IMG/VR virus record: IMGVR_UViG_3300020416_000007
DNA length: 20,000 bases
DNA from: an uncultured virus (IMG/VR IMGVR_UViG_3300020416_000007)
Lineage: Duplodnaviria; Heunggongvirae; Uroviricota; Caudoviricetes
Reading direction: 5' to 3' (one strand)
Part shown: positions 8,644 through 15,968 of the stretch, piece by piece
Layout of the letters: the number at the start of each line of letters is the position of its first letter
Position numbering within the stretch: position 1 is the stretch's first letter
Position numbers and translations under genes: made by a program
The notes under the pieces: model-generated
Seen by the model: only the letters and a program-made list of their open reading frames with translations
Database searches by the model: none
Told to the model about the DNA's origin: nothing

Positions 8644-9389
8644 ATGATTTGATTTTTACTAACTGTGAAGACTTCTTAGAAAGTCAAAAAGTTCTTGAAC
8701 GCTTATACGTATTTGATGTTGATGGAACACTAACTGCTAGCCGGCAGAAGATGGATCCAGATTTTAAAGAGTTCTTTATAGAGTTTTGTAAGAACAACGC
8801 TGTTTATCTAATCACAGGTTCTGATAGAGTAAAGACTTTAGAGCAAGTTGGAATTGACGTATATTATTTTGCTGATAGAGTATATAATTGTTCTGGCAAT
8901 CATGTCTTTGAACAAGACAGAGAGATATATAGAACAGATTGGAGATTACCTGATCCAGCTGCATTCTTCTTATTAGATAAATTAGCGGACAGTGGATTCT
9001 ATAGAAAAACAGGACATCATATAGATGAAAGACCAGGCATGGTAAACTTTAGTATTGTTGGACGCAAATGTAATTTTGAAGAACGTGTAATGTATCGTGA
9101 ATGGGATGAACATAAGAATGAAAGAAGAATAATTGCCGAAGAGTTTAACTCTAAATTTCCTGACATTGAAGCTTTAGTTGCAGGTGAAACTGGTTTAGAT
9201 ATTTTTCCACGTGGTCTTAATAAAGGACAAGTGATTGATGATTTAAAAGGTTATGATGTACATTTCTTTGGTGATAAAATGGATGAAGGTGGTAATGATT
9301 ATCCACTAGCAGTGTTAAATACAAAAGGTACAAACTATCATGTGGATTGTTGGAAACATACTTGGAAATTATTAAAAGGAATGCAATGA
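8640..9389 (+). CDS. HAD-IIB phosphomannomutase (eukaryotic-type PMM-like)
   Basis: FDVDGTLT, ITGSD, ER-x-GMVNFS-x-x-GR, FFGDKMDEGGNDYPL. ATGA overlap with helicase stop. Confidence 0.85.
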   Translation: MNDLIFTNCEDFLESQKVLERLYVFDVDGTLTASRQKMDPDFKEFFIEFCKNNAVYLITGSDRVKTLEQVGIDVYYFADRVYNCSGNHVFEQDREIYRTDWRLPDPAAFFLLDKLADSGFYRKTGHHIDERPGMVNFSIVGRKCNFEERVMYREWDEHKNERRIIAEEFNSKFPDIEALVAGETGLDIFPRGLNKGQVIDDLKGYDVHFFGDKMDEGGNDYPLAVLNTKGTNYHVDCWKHTWKLLKGMQ

Positions 9390-10072
9390 AAGCTCGACTT
9401 ATATCGTATAGCCAACCGACAAGCCGGATTCATACCGGAGAATTATCAGTAGGAGGATTAGACAATATCCAAGATCTCATCGCGTATTGCGCCCGTGTCT
9501 CCAATCCGTCGAACCAACTTAACACGAAGACAACTTCGAAATTACTTAGATATCTCATCAAACACAAACACTGGTCGCCATTCGAAATGGCGTCAGTCTG
9601 CATCGAAATCCAAACGACAAGAGACATCGCAAGACAACTCCTCAGACACAGATCGTTTTCATTTCAAGAGTTTTCTCAGCGGTATGCTAATATCAATGAT
9701 ATTACTGATTCTATTGTAATACGTAAAGCACGTTTACAAGACGAAAGCAATCGTCAGAATAGTGTTGAAACAAATGATGCAAGGTTATTAACTGTATGGG
9801 AAGAACACCAAAGAAACGTATGGTATGCTGCAATGAAAGCATACAATTGGGCTATTGAAAATGGAATAGCAAAAGAACAAGCAAGAGCTGTATTACCAGA
9901 AGGTAACACTCCGTCTAGACTATACGTCAACGGAACTATTCGAAGCTGGATACATTATATTGAATTACGATCGGCCAATGGCACGCAACAAGAACATATG
10001 GAACTCGCTATTGCATGTGGACAAGCCATAAGCAGAATCTTTCCTACATTAGAAGATGGATCTGATGGATGA
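9386..10072 (+). CDS. thyX: Flavin-dependent thymidylate synthase
   Basis: HWSPFE, RQLLRHRSFSFQEFSQRY signature, AKEQARAVLP, TQQEH. Confidence 0.95.
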   Translation: MKARLISYSQPTSRIHTGELSVGGLDNIQDLIAYCARVSNPSNQLNTKTTSKLLRYLIKHKHWSPFEMASVCIEIQTTRDIARQLLRHRSFSFQEFSQRYANINDITDSIVIRKARLQDESNRQNSVETNDARLLTVWEEHQRNVWYAAMKAYNWAIENGIAKEQARAVLPEGNTPSRLYVNGTIRSWIHYIELRSANGTQQEHMELAIACGQAISRIFPTLEDGSDG

Positions 10073-10274
10073 TGATAAGCCTACACTTAAAGAAGCATGT
10101 AGAATATACTTTTTAGTTAAAGGCCACATTGACATAAGTGATGAACAAGCATTTTCATCATATAATAGTTACTTCAGACGTCTTTGGTTTGCAGGAAGTG
10201 ACGGAGCACCGTTGTACGAGAAAGAAGATGCTTTTGAAGAAGCTTGGAGAAATAAATATAAGGATAAATCATGA
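10056..10274 (+). CDS. Hypothetical protein (start may be 10065)
   Basis: ORF overlaps the thyX end and is coupled to the next ORF. Confidence 0.65.
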   Translation: MDLMDDDKPTLKEACRIYFLVKGHIDISDEQAFSSYNSYFRRLWFAGSDGAPLYEKEDAFEEAWRNKYKDKS

Positions 10275-10471
10275 AAGAATTTCTATTAGTAGTTTCAATG
10301 TGGGGTAATGATGGAACAGATTGGGTGTACATTGGAAACCAATACATTATGCAAGAGTTGTTTAGTAAAGAACAATGTGAAATAATCGCCAATAATAACA
10401 ATTGGCAAAAGGTAGAAACTAATCAATATTATGGATTACAATTTGATTGTTTTCATAAGGACGATAGATGA
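10271..10471 (+). CDS. Hypothetical protein (two Cys)
   Basis: AAGGA RBS and ATGA overlaps on both sides. Confidence 0.7.
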   Translation: MKEFLLVVSMWGNDGTDWVYIGNQYIMQELFSKEQCEIIANNNNWQKVETNQYYGLQFDCFHKDDR

Positions 10472-10575
10472 CAAAGCTATTCTGTAAACTAAGAAAGGTA
10501 ATTAAAACTTGGTTGAGTAAGAAAGATGATGAACAAGTAAAATACTTATCAGGTAAAAAGAAAAAAGTGATATAA
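10468..10575 (+). CDS. Small basic hypothetical protein (35 aa, MTKLFCKLRKVIKTW...)
   Basis: Read manually. ATGA-coupled to the upstream ORF, AAGGA upstream, ends just before the terminator. Confidence 0.5.
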   Translation: MTKLFCKLRKVIKTWLSKKDDEQVKYLSGKKKKVI

Positions 10576-10597
10576 ATGTAACAGTAATAAAAAATAG

Positions 10598-10627
10598 AAA
10601 AAGGGGGGTTTACATCTCCCTTTTTTT
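10598..10627 (+). terminator. Rho-independent terminator (possibly bidirectional)
   Basis: AAAAAGGGGGG-TTTACA-TCTCCCTTTTTTT hairpin with G-U pairs, followed by a T7 run. Confidence 0.7.
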
Positions 10628-10637
10628 GTGGTAGTCT
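10608..10637 (+). promoter_or_regulatory. T4-type early promoter overlapping the terminator
   Basis: GTTTACA (10608-10614), 17-nt spacer ending TGTGG, TAGTCT (10632-10637). A-rich UP element upstream, GAGGAG RBS downstream. Confidence 0.7.
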
Positions 10638-10660
10638 AAAACTCTAATGAGGAGAAAAAT

Positions 10661-10837
10661 ATGATAACCAGAACTTTTGATATTGACTTTAATGCGTCTA
10701 TAAATGATTTAATTGTTTTCTTAACAAAACATAAGGCCACATTAATTTCACTTAATCCACAACCAACATTACCATTACCTTCTATTACTATTAGGTTTCC
10801 AAAATCACAACTAAAAAATATTCAAAAAATATTTTAA
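10661..10837 (+). CDS. Hypothetical early protein (58 aa, MITRTFDIDFNAS...)
   Basis: Read manually. GAGGAG RBS at 10649-10654, lies between two early promoters. Confidence 0.7.
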   Translation: MITRTFDIDFNASINDLIVFLTKHKATLISLNPQPTLPLPSITIRFPKSQLKNIQKIF

Positions 10838-10843
10838 TTAGGG

Positions 10844-10873
10844 GTTTACATTTCAATTGAAATATGGTAGAAT
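10844..10873 (+). promoter_or_regulatory. T4-type early promoter upstream of the cell wall hydrolase
   Basis: GTTTACA (10844-10850), 17-nt spacer ending TATGG, TAGAAT (10868-10873). Confidence 0.78.
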
Positions 10874-10895
10874 ATAAATTATTGAGGAGTGCAGG

Positions 10896-11417
10896 ATGTT
10901 TAATAAAATAAAAGCAGGCGTTTTATGTGCGGCAATTATGATGCCGGCACCGATCGCCGTACAAGCTGATACAAGCGAAGCATTAAATGAACAGAAGTGT
11001 ATAGCGGACAATATATATTGGGAAGCTAGAAATCAAACAGTGAAAGGAATGATAGGTGTTGCTCTTGTTACACGTAATAGGGTTGTTGATAGTCGCTTCC
11101 CAAATTCGTATTGTGGTGTGGTGTTACAAGGACCTACGCGTCCAACTTGGCGGGATCCAGACGTTAGAATCCCTGTTAAGCACCGCTGCCAGTTTTCTTG
11201 GTATTGTGATGGCAAGTCTGATATTATACCTACTTACGACAACGATTTATATACCGTTGCTCTTGCCATTGCTTTCAGAGTATATCATGGTTCTTTTAAT
11301 GATTTTACTCACGGGGCAACACATTACCACGCTACCTATGTAAGGCCGGCGTGGGCAAAAACTAAAACTAGAACTACTAAAGTAGGGAGGCATATATTTT
11401 ATAGATGGGAAAGATAA
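10896..11417 (+). CDS. Cell wall hydrolase, SleB/Hydrolase_2 family, with signal peptide
   Basis: CIADNIYWEARNQ (catalytic Glu), V-x-x-NRV, CQFSWYCDGKSD, GATHYHA-x-YV-x-P-x-W, GRHIFY. GAGGAG RBS. Confidence 0.9.
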   Translation: MFNKIKAGVLCAAIMMPAPIAVQADTSEALNEQKCIADNIYWEARNQTVKGMIGVALVTRNRVVDSRFPNSYCGVVLQGPTRPTWRDPDVRIPVKHRCQFSWYCDGKSDIIPTYDNDLYTVALAIAFRVYHGSFNDFTHGATHYHATYVRPAWAKTKTRTTKVGRHIFYRWER

Positions 11418-11773
11418 AAGCTAATACTAAACAGGAAAGGTACTACACAGGTATGCTACGTATGATGAGAGAAGCAGACGCTGCTGAAGCTGCTGAAAAG
11501 AATATTGACTATAAGTTCAATGAAGGTGATCTTATAAAAGAGTTTAAAAAGTATATTGATTCGACTTATACTTCTCACTATTCAAAAGATAAATTTCAAG
11601 CTACTGAGTTTATCATGGACGGTGGCCATGGCACAGGCTTTTGCATTGGTAACGTTATGAAGTACGCTCAACGTTATGGTAAAAAAGGTACGCGCACTGA
11701 CGCTAGAAAAGATTTAATGAAAGTATTGCACTATGCATTAATGCAATTATATGTGCATGATCAAGAGTTATGA
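11405..11773 (+). CDS. DUF3310-like conserved phage protein
   Basis: SHYS...QATEFI...GFCIGNVMKYAQRYGKKG...DLMK-x-x-HY pattern. Confidence 0.75.
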   Translation: MGKIKANTKQERYYTGMLRMMREADAAEAAEKNIDYKFNEGDLIKEFKKYIDSTYTSHYSKDKFQATEFIMDGGHGTGFCIGNVMKYAQRYGKKGTRTDARKDLMKVLHYALMQLYVHDQEL

Positions 11774-12090
11774 TAGAATTAGCCTTAGGCATTTCATTAC
11801 ATCTAGGATTGGAGGATCAATATAATTGGTTACATCCACATGTTAGATATACTAATTGGAATGACTATATGGTTGGTGCTTACTATAACTCAGAGAGTGC
11901 AGTAAGCACGTATTTTGGTTATAGGTGGGAACTTGAAGATTGGGGATTAGAAGCTGCAATAGTAACTGGATATTCGTATAATGAGATTATACCATACGCT
12001 AGAGTTACATACGACAATTGGTATATTGCACCAGCTTTAGAAGATGATGCTAGTGGAATTGTTTTTGGATACGAGTTTAAACTAAACTAA
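11770..12090 (+). CDS. Small aromatic-rich beta-barrel protein, PagP-like
   Basis: Alternating aromatic/Gly strands, S-x-H, YN-x-x-HP, GAYYNS, S-x-Y-x-G, TGY, C-terminal YEF. Confidence 0.55.
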   Translation: MIELALGISLHLGLEDQYNWLHPHVRYTNWNDYMVGAYYNSESAVSTYFGYRWELEDWGLEAAIVTGYSYNEIIPYARVTYDNWYIAPALEDDASGIVFGYEFKLN

Positions 12091-12749
12091 TCCGATAGTG
12101 GATTGTCTAATGCCTCTTGTAAACGTTCAAAGATTTCTTTATCTAATGCTTTCATATCACTTCTAATATCTTTGTCAGTTTGACGAACACCTGATTCAAC
12201 TTCTCTTATAGATTGTGTAACATCTTTCTGTAATTGATTCATTTCGTTTCTTATACCTTCAAGCGTGTTACCAATACTATTTTGTGTTGTTTTAATTCTT
12301 GCTTCAGAGTCTTCCATATTAGTGCTGATCTTATCGCGTAGATCTGCCATTGTGTCTTGATTATCTTTTAACGTTAATCTAAATCTCTCTTCAAAAGTAT
12401 CTAATTTAGCATACACATCATTACGTAAAGATCGTACAGTCTTTTCTGCTCTCTGTATTTGTTCTTCTAAAAGAACGAATTGTCCTTCAATCCTCGAAAC
12501 ATCATTAGCTAAATCTTGTCTAATCTCTTGCGTATACGTAATTGCATCTTCTAGTTTCTGTAATTGCAATTCGTTTGCTGCAGCTATTTCATCGACATCT
12601 ACATTCTGCACAATCTCTTTCATATCCATATAATCTTTGTAGAATTCGAAGCCACCCCATGCTGCGCCACCAAGAGTTGATAGTGCAGTAAGTATAGCAA
12701 ACATCTTGCCACCTCTAAAGGTCATACCTCCAAATTCGAATTCAGCCAT
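12087..12749 (-). CDS. Membrane-anchored long coiled-coil protein
   Basis: N-terminal hydrophobic segment (MFAILTALSTLGGAAWGGF), then a long heptad-like helical region. Confidence 0.8.
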   Translation of the reverse strand: MAEFEFGGMTFRGGKMFAILTALSTLGGAAWGGFEFYKDYMDMKEIVQNVDVDEIAAANELQLQKLEDAITYTQEIRQDLANDVSRIEGQFVLLEEQIQRAEKTVRSLRNDVYAKLDTFEERFRLTLKDNQDTMADLRDKISTNMEDSEARIKTTQNSIGNTLEGIRNEMNQLQKDVTQSIREVESGVRQTDKDIRSDMKALDKEIFERLQEALDNPLSD

Positions 12750-13072
12750 TAGCAGTGTCCTTCTCTATGATACTTTCTATTTTTTCCCCAGCATTTATGT
12801 AATGGCGCTACTACATTATTAGGTAAAGCACGTCCAGGATATCGATAGTATGGATGCTTCCTAAGGTGTTCTCTAAGTTCAGCTAGCTTTTCAGCTCTCT
12901 TTATGCTACGCATTTCAGCAGCGCATGCTGCAACTTTATTCCAACTAAATGTATCAAAGTTTTGTTGTTCGTAGCCATGCAGCTTTAAACAATTCTTTGA
13001 ATCTTCGTTACTCGCTTTCACAGGATGACATGTTGCCATCACTAATAATATTGCATATATGTATTTCATCAT
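12749..13072 (-). CDS. Hypothetical secreted protein, Cys-containing
   Basis: Signal-peptide-like N-terminus (MMKYIYAILLVMATCHPVKA), translationally coupled on both sides. Confidence 0.7.
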   Translation of the reverse strand: MMKYIYAILLVMATCHPVKASNEDSKNCLKLHGYEQQNFDTFSWNKVAACAAEMRSIKRAEKLAELREHLRKHPYYRYPGRALPNNVVAPLHKCWGKNRKYHREGHC

Positions 13073-13218
13073 TCACAAACCTCATATTTACATGGATTTA
13101 ATATTCGATCCCATGTAGGACCTACATTACTCCAGTATTTTTCACTTTCTCCAAAATATGGCCACACGCCCCAATATAAAAAGAATGCAGCTATAACACC
13201 AATGATTAGTTGTTTCAT
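13069..13218 (-). CDS. Small membrane protein (49 aa, MKQLIIGVIAAFFLYWGVWPY...)
   Basis: Read manually. Fills the gap exactly, with TAATG and ATGA overlaps, one TM helix. Confidence 0.7.
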   Translation of the reverse strand: MKQLIIGVIAAFFLYWGVWPYFGESEKYWSNVGPTWDRILNPCKYEVCE

Positions 13219-13625
13219 TACTCGAATGCCAATTCCTTTAACTGTTTTAATTCTTGTTCAAGCTTTTGAACTTCTAGTACTTTCTTTCTTAATTCAAGTT
13301 CGTATAATCTATTACAATCAATTCTACTCTTTGCTCTATTACCAAGTGGTATCATAATTCTTGCATAAACACCGATATCACCTGTTTGCGTATCGTTAAA
13401 ATGATTATTCATAGTATCATAACGACCTTTATCAATTATGCCAGTTACACCGAATTCCAAGTTGGTAGCTGAACCAATTGCATTCATGCAATCTAATTCA
13501 CCAGCTCTAAACTTATCAGATTGATAACTACCTGGAGCACCAGGCAGTGATAAGTTTAATGAACTCGATTCTGCTAATGCTGTTGTCGTTACCAGCATCA
13601 GGCATAAAGTTATAATATGTTTCAT
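13218..13625 (-). CDS. Secreted hypothetical protein with Cys-bracketed amphipathic beta-strands and a C-terminal coiled coil
   Basis: Signal peptide ending ALA, LDC...TNLEFGVTG...DIGVYARIMIPLG...IDCNRLYELE, C-terminal heptads. Confidence 0.75.
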   Translation of the reverse strand: MKHIITLCLMLVTTTALAESSSLNLSLPGAPGSYQSDKFRAGELDCMNAIGSATNLEFGVTGIIDKGRYDTMNNHFNDTQTGDIGVYARIMIPLGNRAKSRIDCNRLYELELRKKVLEVQKLEQELKQLKELAFE

Positions 13626-13628
13626 TCA

Positions 13629-14012
13629 TCATCTCGCTATCTTCGAACAGATTTGTGATTTTACACCTGTCGAAATTACATCCTGTTTTAATTGTTTAGA
13701 AGTAGTACAAATCCATTCTATTCGCTTTGCATCTTTCTCTCTAAAATATACATCCATTTGCTTGTGCTGTAAATATGATATCTGAAAAATACGATCAACT
13801 GCTGCGAATGGTACTTTATTCCATTCTTTATCATAAACATTTATTTCGTAATATTCAACATCATTTCTTCTATTCCACATCTTCATGGTTGTAACTAATA
13901 TATTATCTACGTAAGAAGGTTTTAACTCTGCATACGTAGGCGTCAATTCGTGAGCAATAGCGCTACTCGTAAATAACGCTATTGCTATAGTTTTTATTAT
14001 TGTGCCAAACAT
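13629..14012 (-). CDS. Secreted Ig-like protein resembling a fimbrial chaperone N-domain
   Basis: Signal peptide ending AIA, LTPTY, M-W-N-x6-YEINVYD beta pattern reminiscent of PapD_N, C-terminal Cys pair. Confidence 0.5.
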   Translation of the reverse strand: MFGTIIKTIAIALFTSSAIAHELTPTYAELKPSYVDNILVTTMKMWNRRNDVEYYEINVYDKEWNKVPFAAVDRIFQISYLQHKQMDVYFREKDAKRIEWICTTSKQLKQDVISTGVKSQICSKIAR

Positions 14013-14494
14013 ACTGCTGTAATATTCGCTTTGTATTCACCACCAGGTAGCGGTTCATCGACACCATACGTTACTTCTGATTCAACTTCGAACCATACGG
14101 TTCCGGCAACTGTTAAATCATATTCAGTATGATTATCGTATTCCACTTTGGCTGCTTCATAACCTGACATATTTGTGTCAGATGTTGATGAAACAGTAAC
14201 CTCGCCATCCCACGCGACTGAGTCTGTGAGAGATGGACTAGTAGTAAATGCATTTGGCCATGATATTTTTGCTGTGTAATAATCAGCGATAGTCACGTCG
14301 TACCGGATGATTGGTTTTACGCCGCCATCAGCTGGCTTTGTACTTAATTCATCTGGATTTGGGTTTCCATACACACCTGCAACGTCAGTATAAATTGAGC
14401 ATTTCGAAGATACGTTCCCGGATATTTGCGAGTCCGTAGCATATGCTGCAGTTCCCATTAATATGACACCCAATGTTAAGATAGATCGTAGCAT
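13997..14494 (-). CDS. Secreted beta-sandwich protein resembling a Csu/spore-coat-U type fimbrial subunit
   Basis: Signal peptide ending AYA, N-terminal ISGNVSSKCSI, C-terminal LPGGEYKANITAVC (pilin G-x-Y terminal strand), Ser/Thr-rich, AGGAG RBS. Confidence 0.6.
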   Translation of the reverse strand: MLRSILTLGVILMGTAAYATDSQISGNVSSKCSIYTDVAGVYGNPNPDELSTKPADGGVKPIIRYDVTIADYYTAKISWPNAFTTSPSLTDSVAWDGEVTVSSTSDTNMSGYEAAKVEYDNHTEYDLTVAGTVWFEVESEVTYGVDEPLPGGEYKANITAVCLAQ

Positions 14495-14503
14495 GCTTTC
14501 TCC

Positions 14504-15454
14504 TTATTCTCTATCATATTGCGAGCGTACCATTTTTCTGTGGTTTTTATCAGAAGATAAATTTCTCAATGCTCTTCGGTTGTCTTTTATAATATTGTCT
14601 TTTAATACTAAAGTGTCGGCATATTGTCCACCTGGAATCGTAACTGAGTAATAGGGTTCTATCTTTGGCACCTGAGCCAATGCAGCGAGAATAGTTTGCT
14701 GTTGGCTTGTATCTACCATTTCTTCTATGGAGTTTTCTCCACCCAGTGTTACCTCAAGGCGTTCTTCTTCTTCAGTTTCTTCTTCCAACGTCAATTCTTC
14801 TTCGACTTCTTCTTGTCTCTTGTCGTCGGATTCAGCAGCAAGTGCTGCTTGTACCCATTCATCATAGAATGGATCATTAATGTCTGGTTCAACATCCATG
14901 TTTTGAAGATACTCAGCTAATGCTTCAGCGTATCCTCTGCATGTTGGATCAGCCAGTGGCGTATTTGCACACTTCATTAATTGCTCGTTGACTTCCATCT
15001 TGTAGTTATATGTGACTGTGGCATTACTAATAGTGCCGTCACCTTCAACTGCTATTTCACCATCACCCCATTGATCGGCATAGGTATATGGAAATCTAAA
15101 ATATTTCTGAATGGTTCCACCAGGAAAGCCTGACCAGTTGTCAGTGTGTTCGAAAATGTAACCATCGTTAACTGCATGTTCATTTCGAATATGCACTTTT
15201 GAATCTGTAGTAGGATCTTTTGTTATTGTGTATCGATAAGCTAAACCATTAACTTCTAACTCAATATAATTAGGAGTGGAGTCAGGCAATACTGTACCCA
15301 TGCTCCATGAAAGCCCGTTATTCGCCGCGTTATTAGTTACTCCGTAAGTTATATCAGAGTAGCAATAAGAGGAGGAGGCCGCCAACAAACCCACCGCCCA
15401 AAACTGTGGACTTATCTTCTTCGGTAAGGTTTTGTATAAAGTTTTTGTCGTCAC
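14504..15454 (-). CDS. Hypothetical secreted protein with beta-rich N-domain and acidic linker
   Basis: 316-aa ORF with signal-like N-terminus (GTG start uncertain), C-x7-C motif (CANTPLADPTC region), Glu-rich tract. Confidence 0.72.
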   Translation of the reverse strand: MTTKTLYKTLPKKISPQFWAVGLLAASSSYCYSDITYGVTNNAANNGLSWSMGTVLPDSTPNYIELEVNGLAYRYTITKDPTTDSKVHIRNEHAVNDGYIFEHTDNWSGFPGGTIQKYFRFPYTYADQWGDGEIAVEGDGTISNATVTYNYKMEVNEQLMKCANTPLADPTCRGYAEALAEYLQNMDVEPDINDPFYDEWVQAALAAESDDKRQEEVEEELTLEEETEEEERLEVTLGGENSIEEMVDTSQQQTILAALAQVPKIEPYYSVTIPGGQYADTLVLKDNIIKDNRRALRNLSSDKNHRKMVRSQYDRE

Positions 15455-15926
15455 CTGTATCTGGTTCCTTATCTTGATTTGCTAACCATGCAGCTTTCGC
15501 TTGATCACCTATCATACCATCAAATGGACAGGGTGTACCTGCGTCCATCATGGCCTGAAAAACACGTTCATCTTGACACATAACTGAAACTGCTGCCACT
15601 TTCATACCCATATCATATAATGTTTTAGCATTCTTTAGTTTTTCACAATTCATATCTCTAACTGTTTTACCACCAGAGATACCAAGTATTTGAGTTTGAA
15701 CAGCACCACTAACACCAACAGTACATAAATCTGAATTGGCTGAGTTTATTGACGGGGCTATTGCAGATGGAGGTGGTGATTCGACTTTGGTATTCGAATT
15801 TGAATTTGATGTGACATCGCTTGTAGTTGTATTCTCAGTTTTAATAACGTCATCGACAGCTTCCTGGCTGCTGGCTATATTAGTAACAAAAATCAATGCT
15901 ACTAGCATTACTAGTTTCTTTAACAT
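15354..15926 (-). CDS. Secreted Cys-rich hypothetical phage protein with hydrophobic C-terminal tail
   Basis: Signal peptide, Thr/Ser/Asn linker, PPPSAIAP, DLC...NCEKLK...MCQD...GTPCP, tail GGGFVGGLLLLLLL. GGAG RBS. Confidence 0.8.
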   Translation of the reverse strand: MLKKLVMLVALIFVTNIASSQEAVDDVIKTENTTTSDVTSNSNSNTKVESPPPSAIAPSINSANSDLCTVGVSGAVQTQILGISGGKTVRDMNCEKLKNAKTLYDMGMKVAAVSVMCQDERVFQAMMDAGTPCPFDGMIGDQAKAAWLANQDKEPDTGDDKNFIQNLTEEDKSTVLGGGFVGGLLLLLLL

Positions 15927-15950
15927 ATTATACTCCGTTTCATACGATTC

Positions 15951-15958
15951 TATTTATA
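15951..15958 (-). promoter_or_regulatory. T4 gp55-type late promoter driving the minus-strand operon
   Basis: TATTTATA on + equals TATAAATA on -, 25 nt upstream of the 15926 start codon. Confidence 0.8.
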
Positions 15959-15968
15959 CAAAAATTTA

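Noticed and set aside
9400..9660. Apparently higher-GC patch in the 5' half of thyX as an inserted element or intein
   Set aside because: The reading frame is continuous, ThyX length is normal, and there are no intein or intron motifs. The composition shift was not quantified
263..9719. Short antisense and out-of-frame ORFs in the track (e.g. 263-472, 970-1209, 3928-4275, 5035-5313, 5767-6060, 8334-8615, 9495-9719)
   Set aside because: Nested in or opposite well-supported genes, with no RBS or motifs. Treated as shadow ORFs
10571..10578. Late promoter TATAAATG
   Set aside because: Mismatch to TATAAATA, overlaps a stop codon and sits just upstream of a terminator
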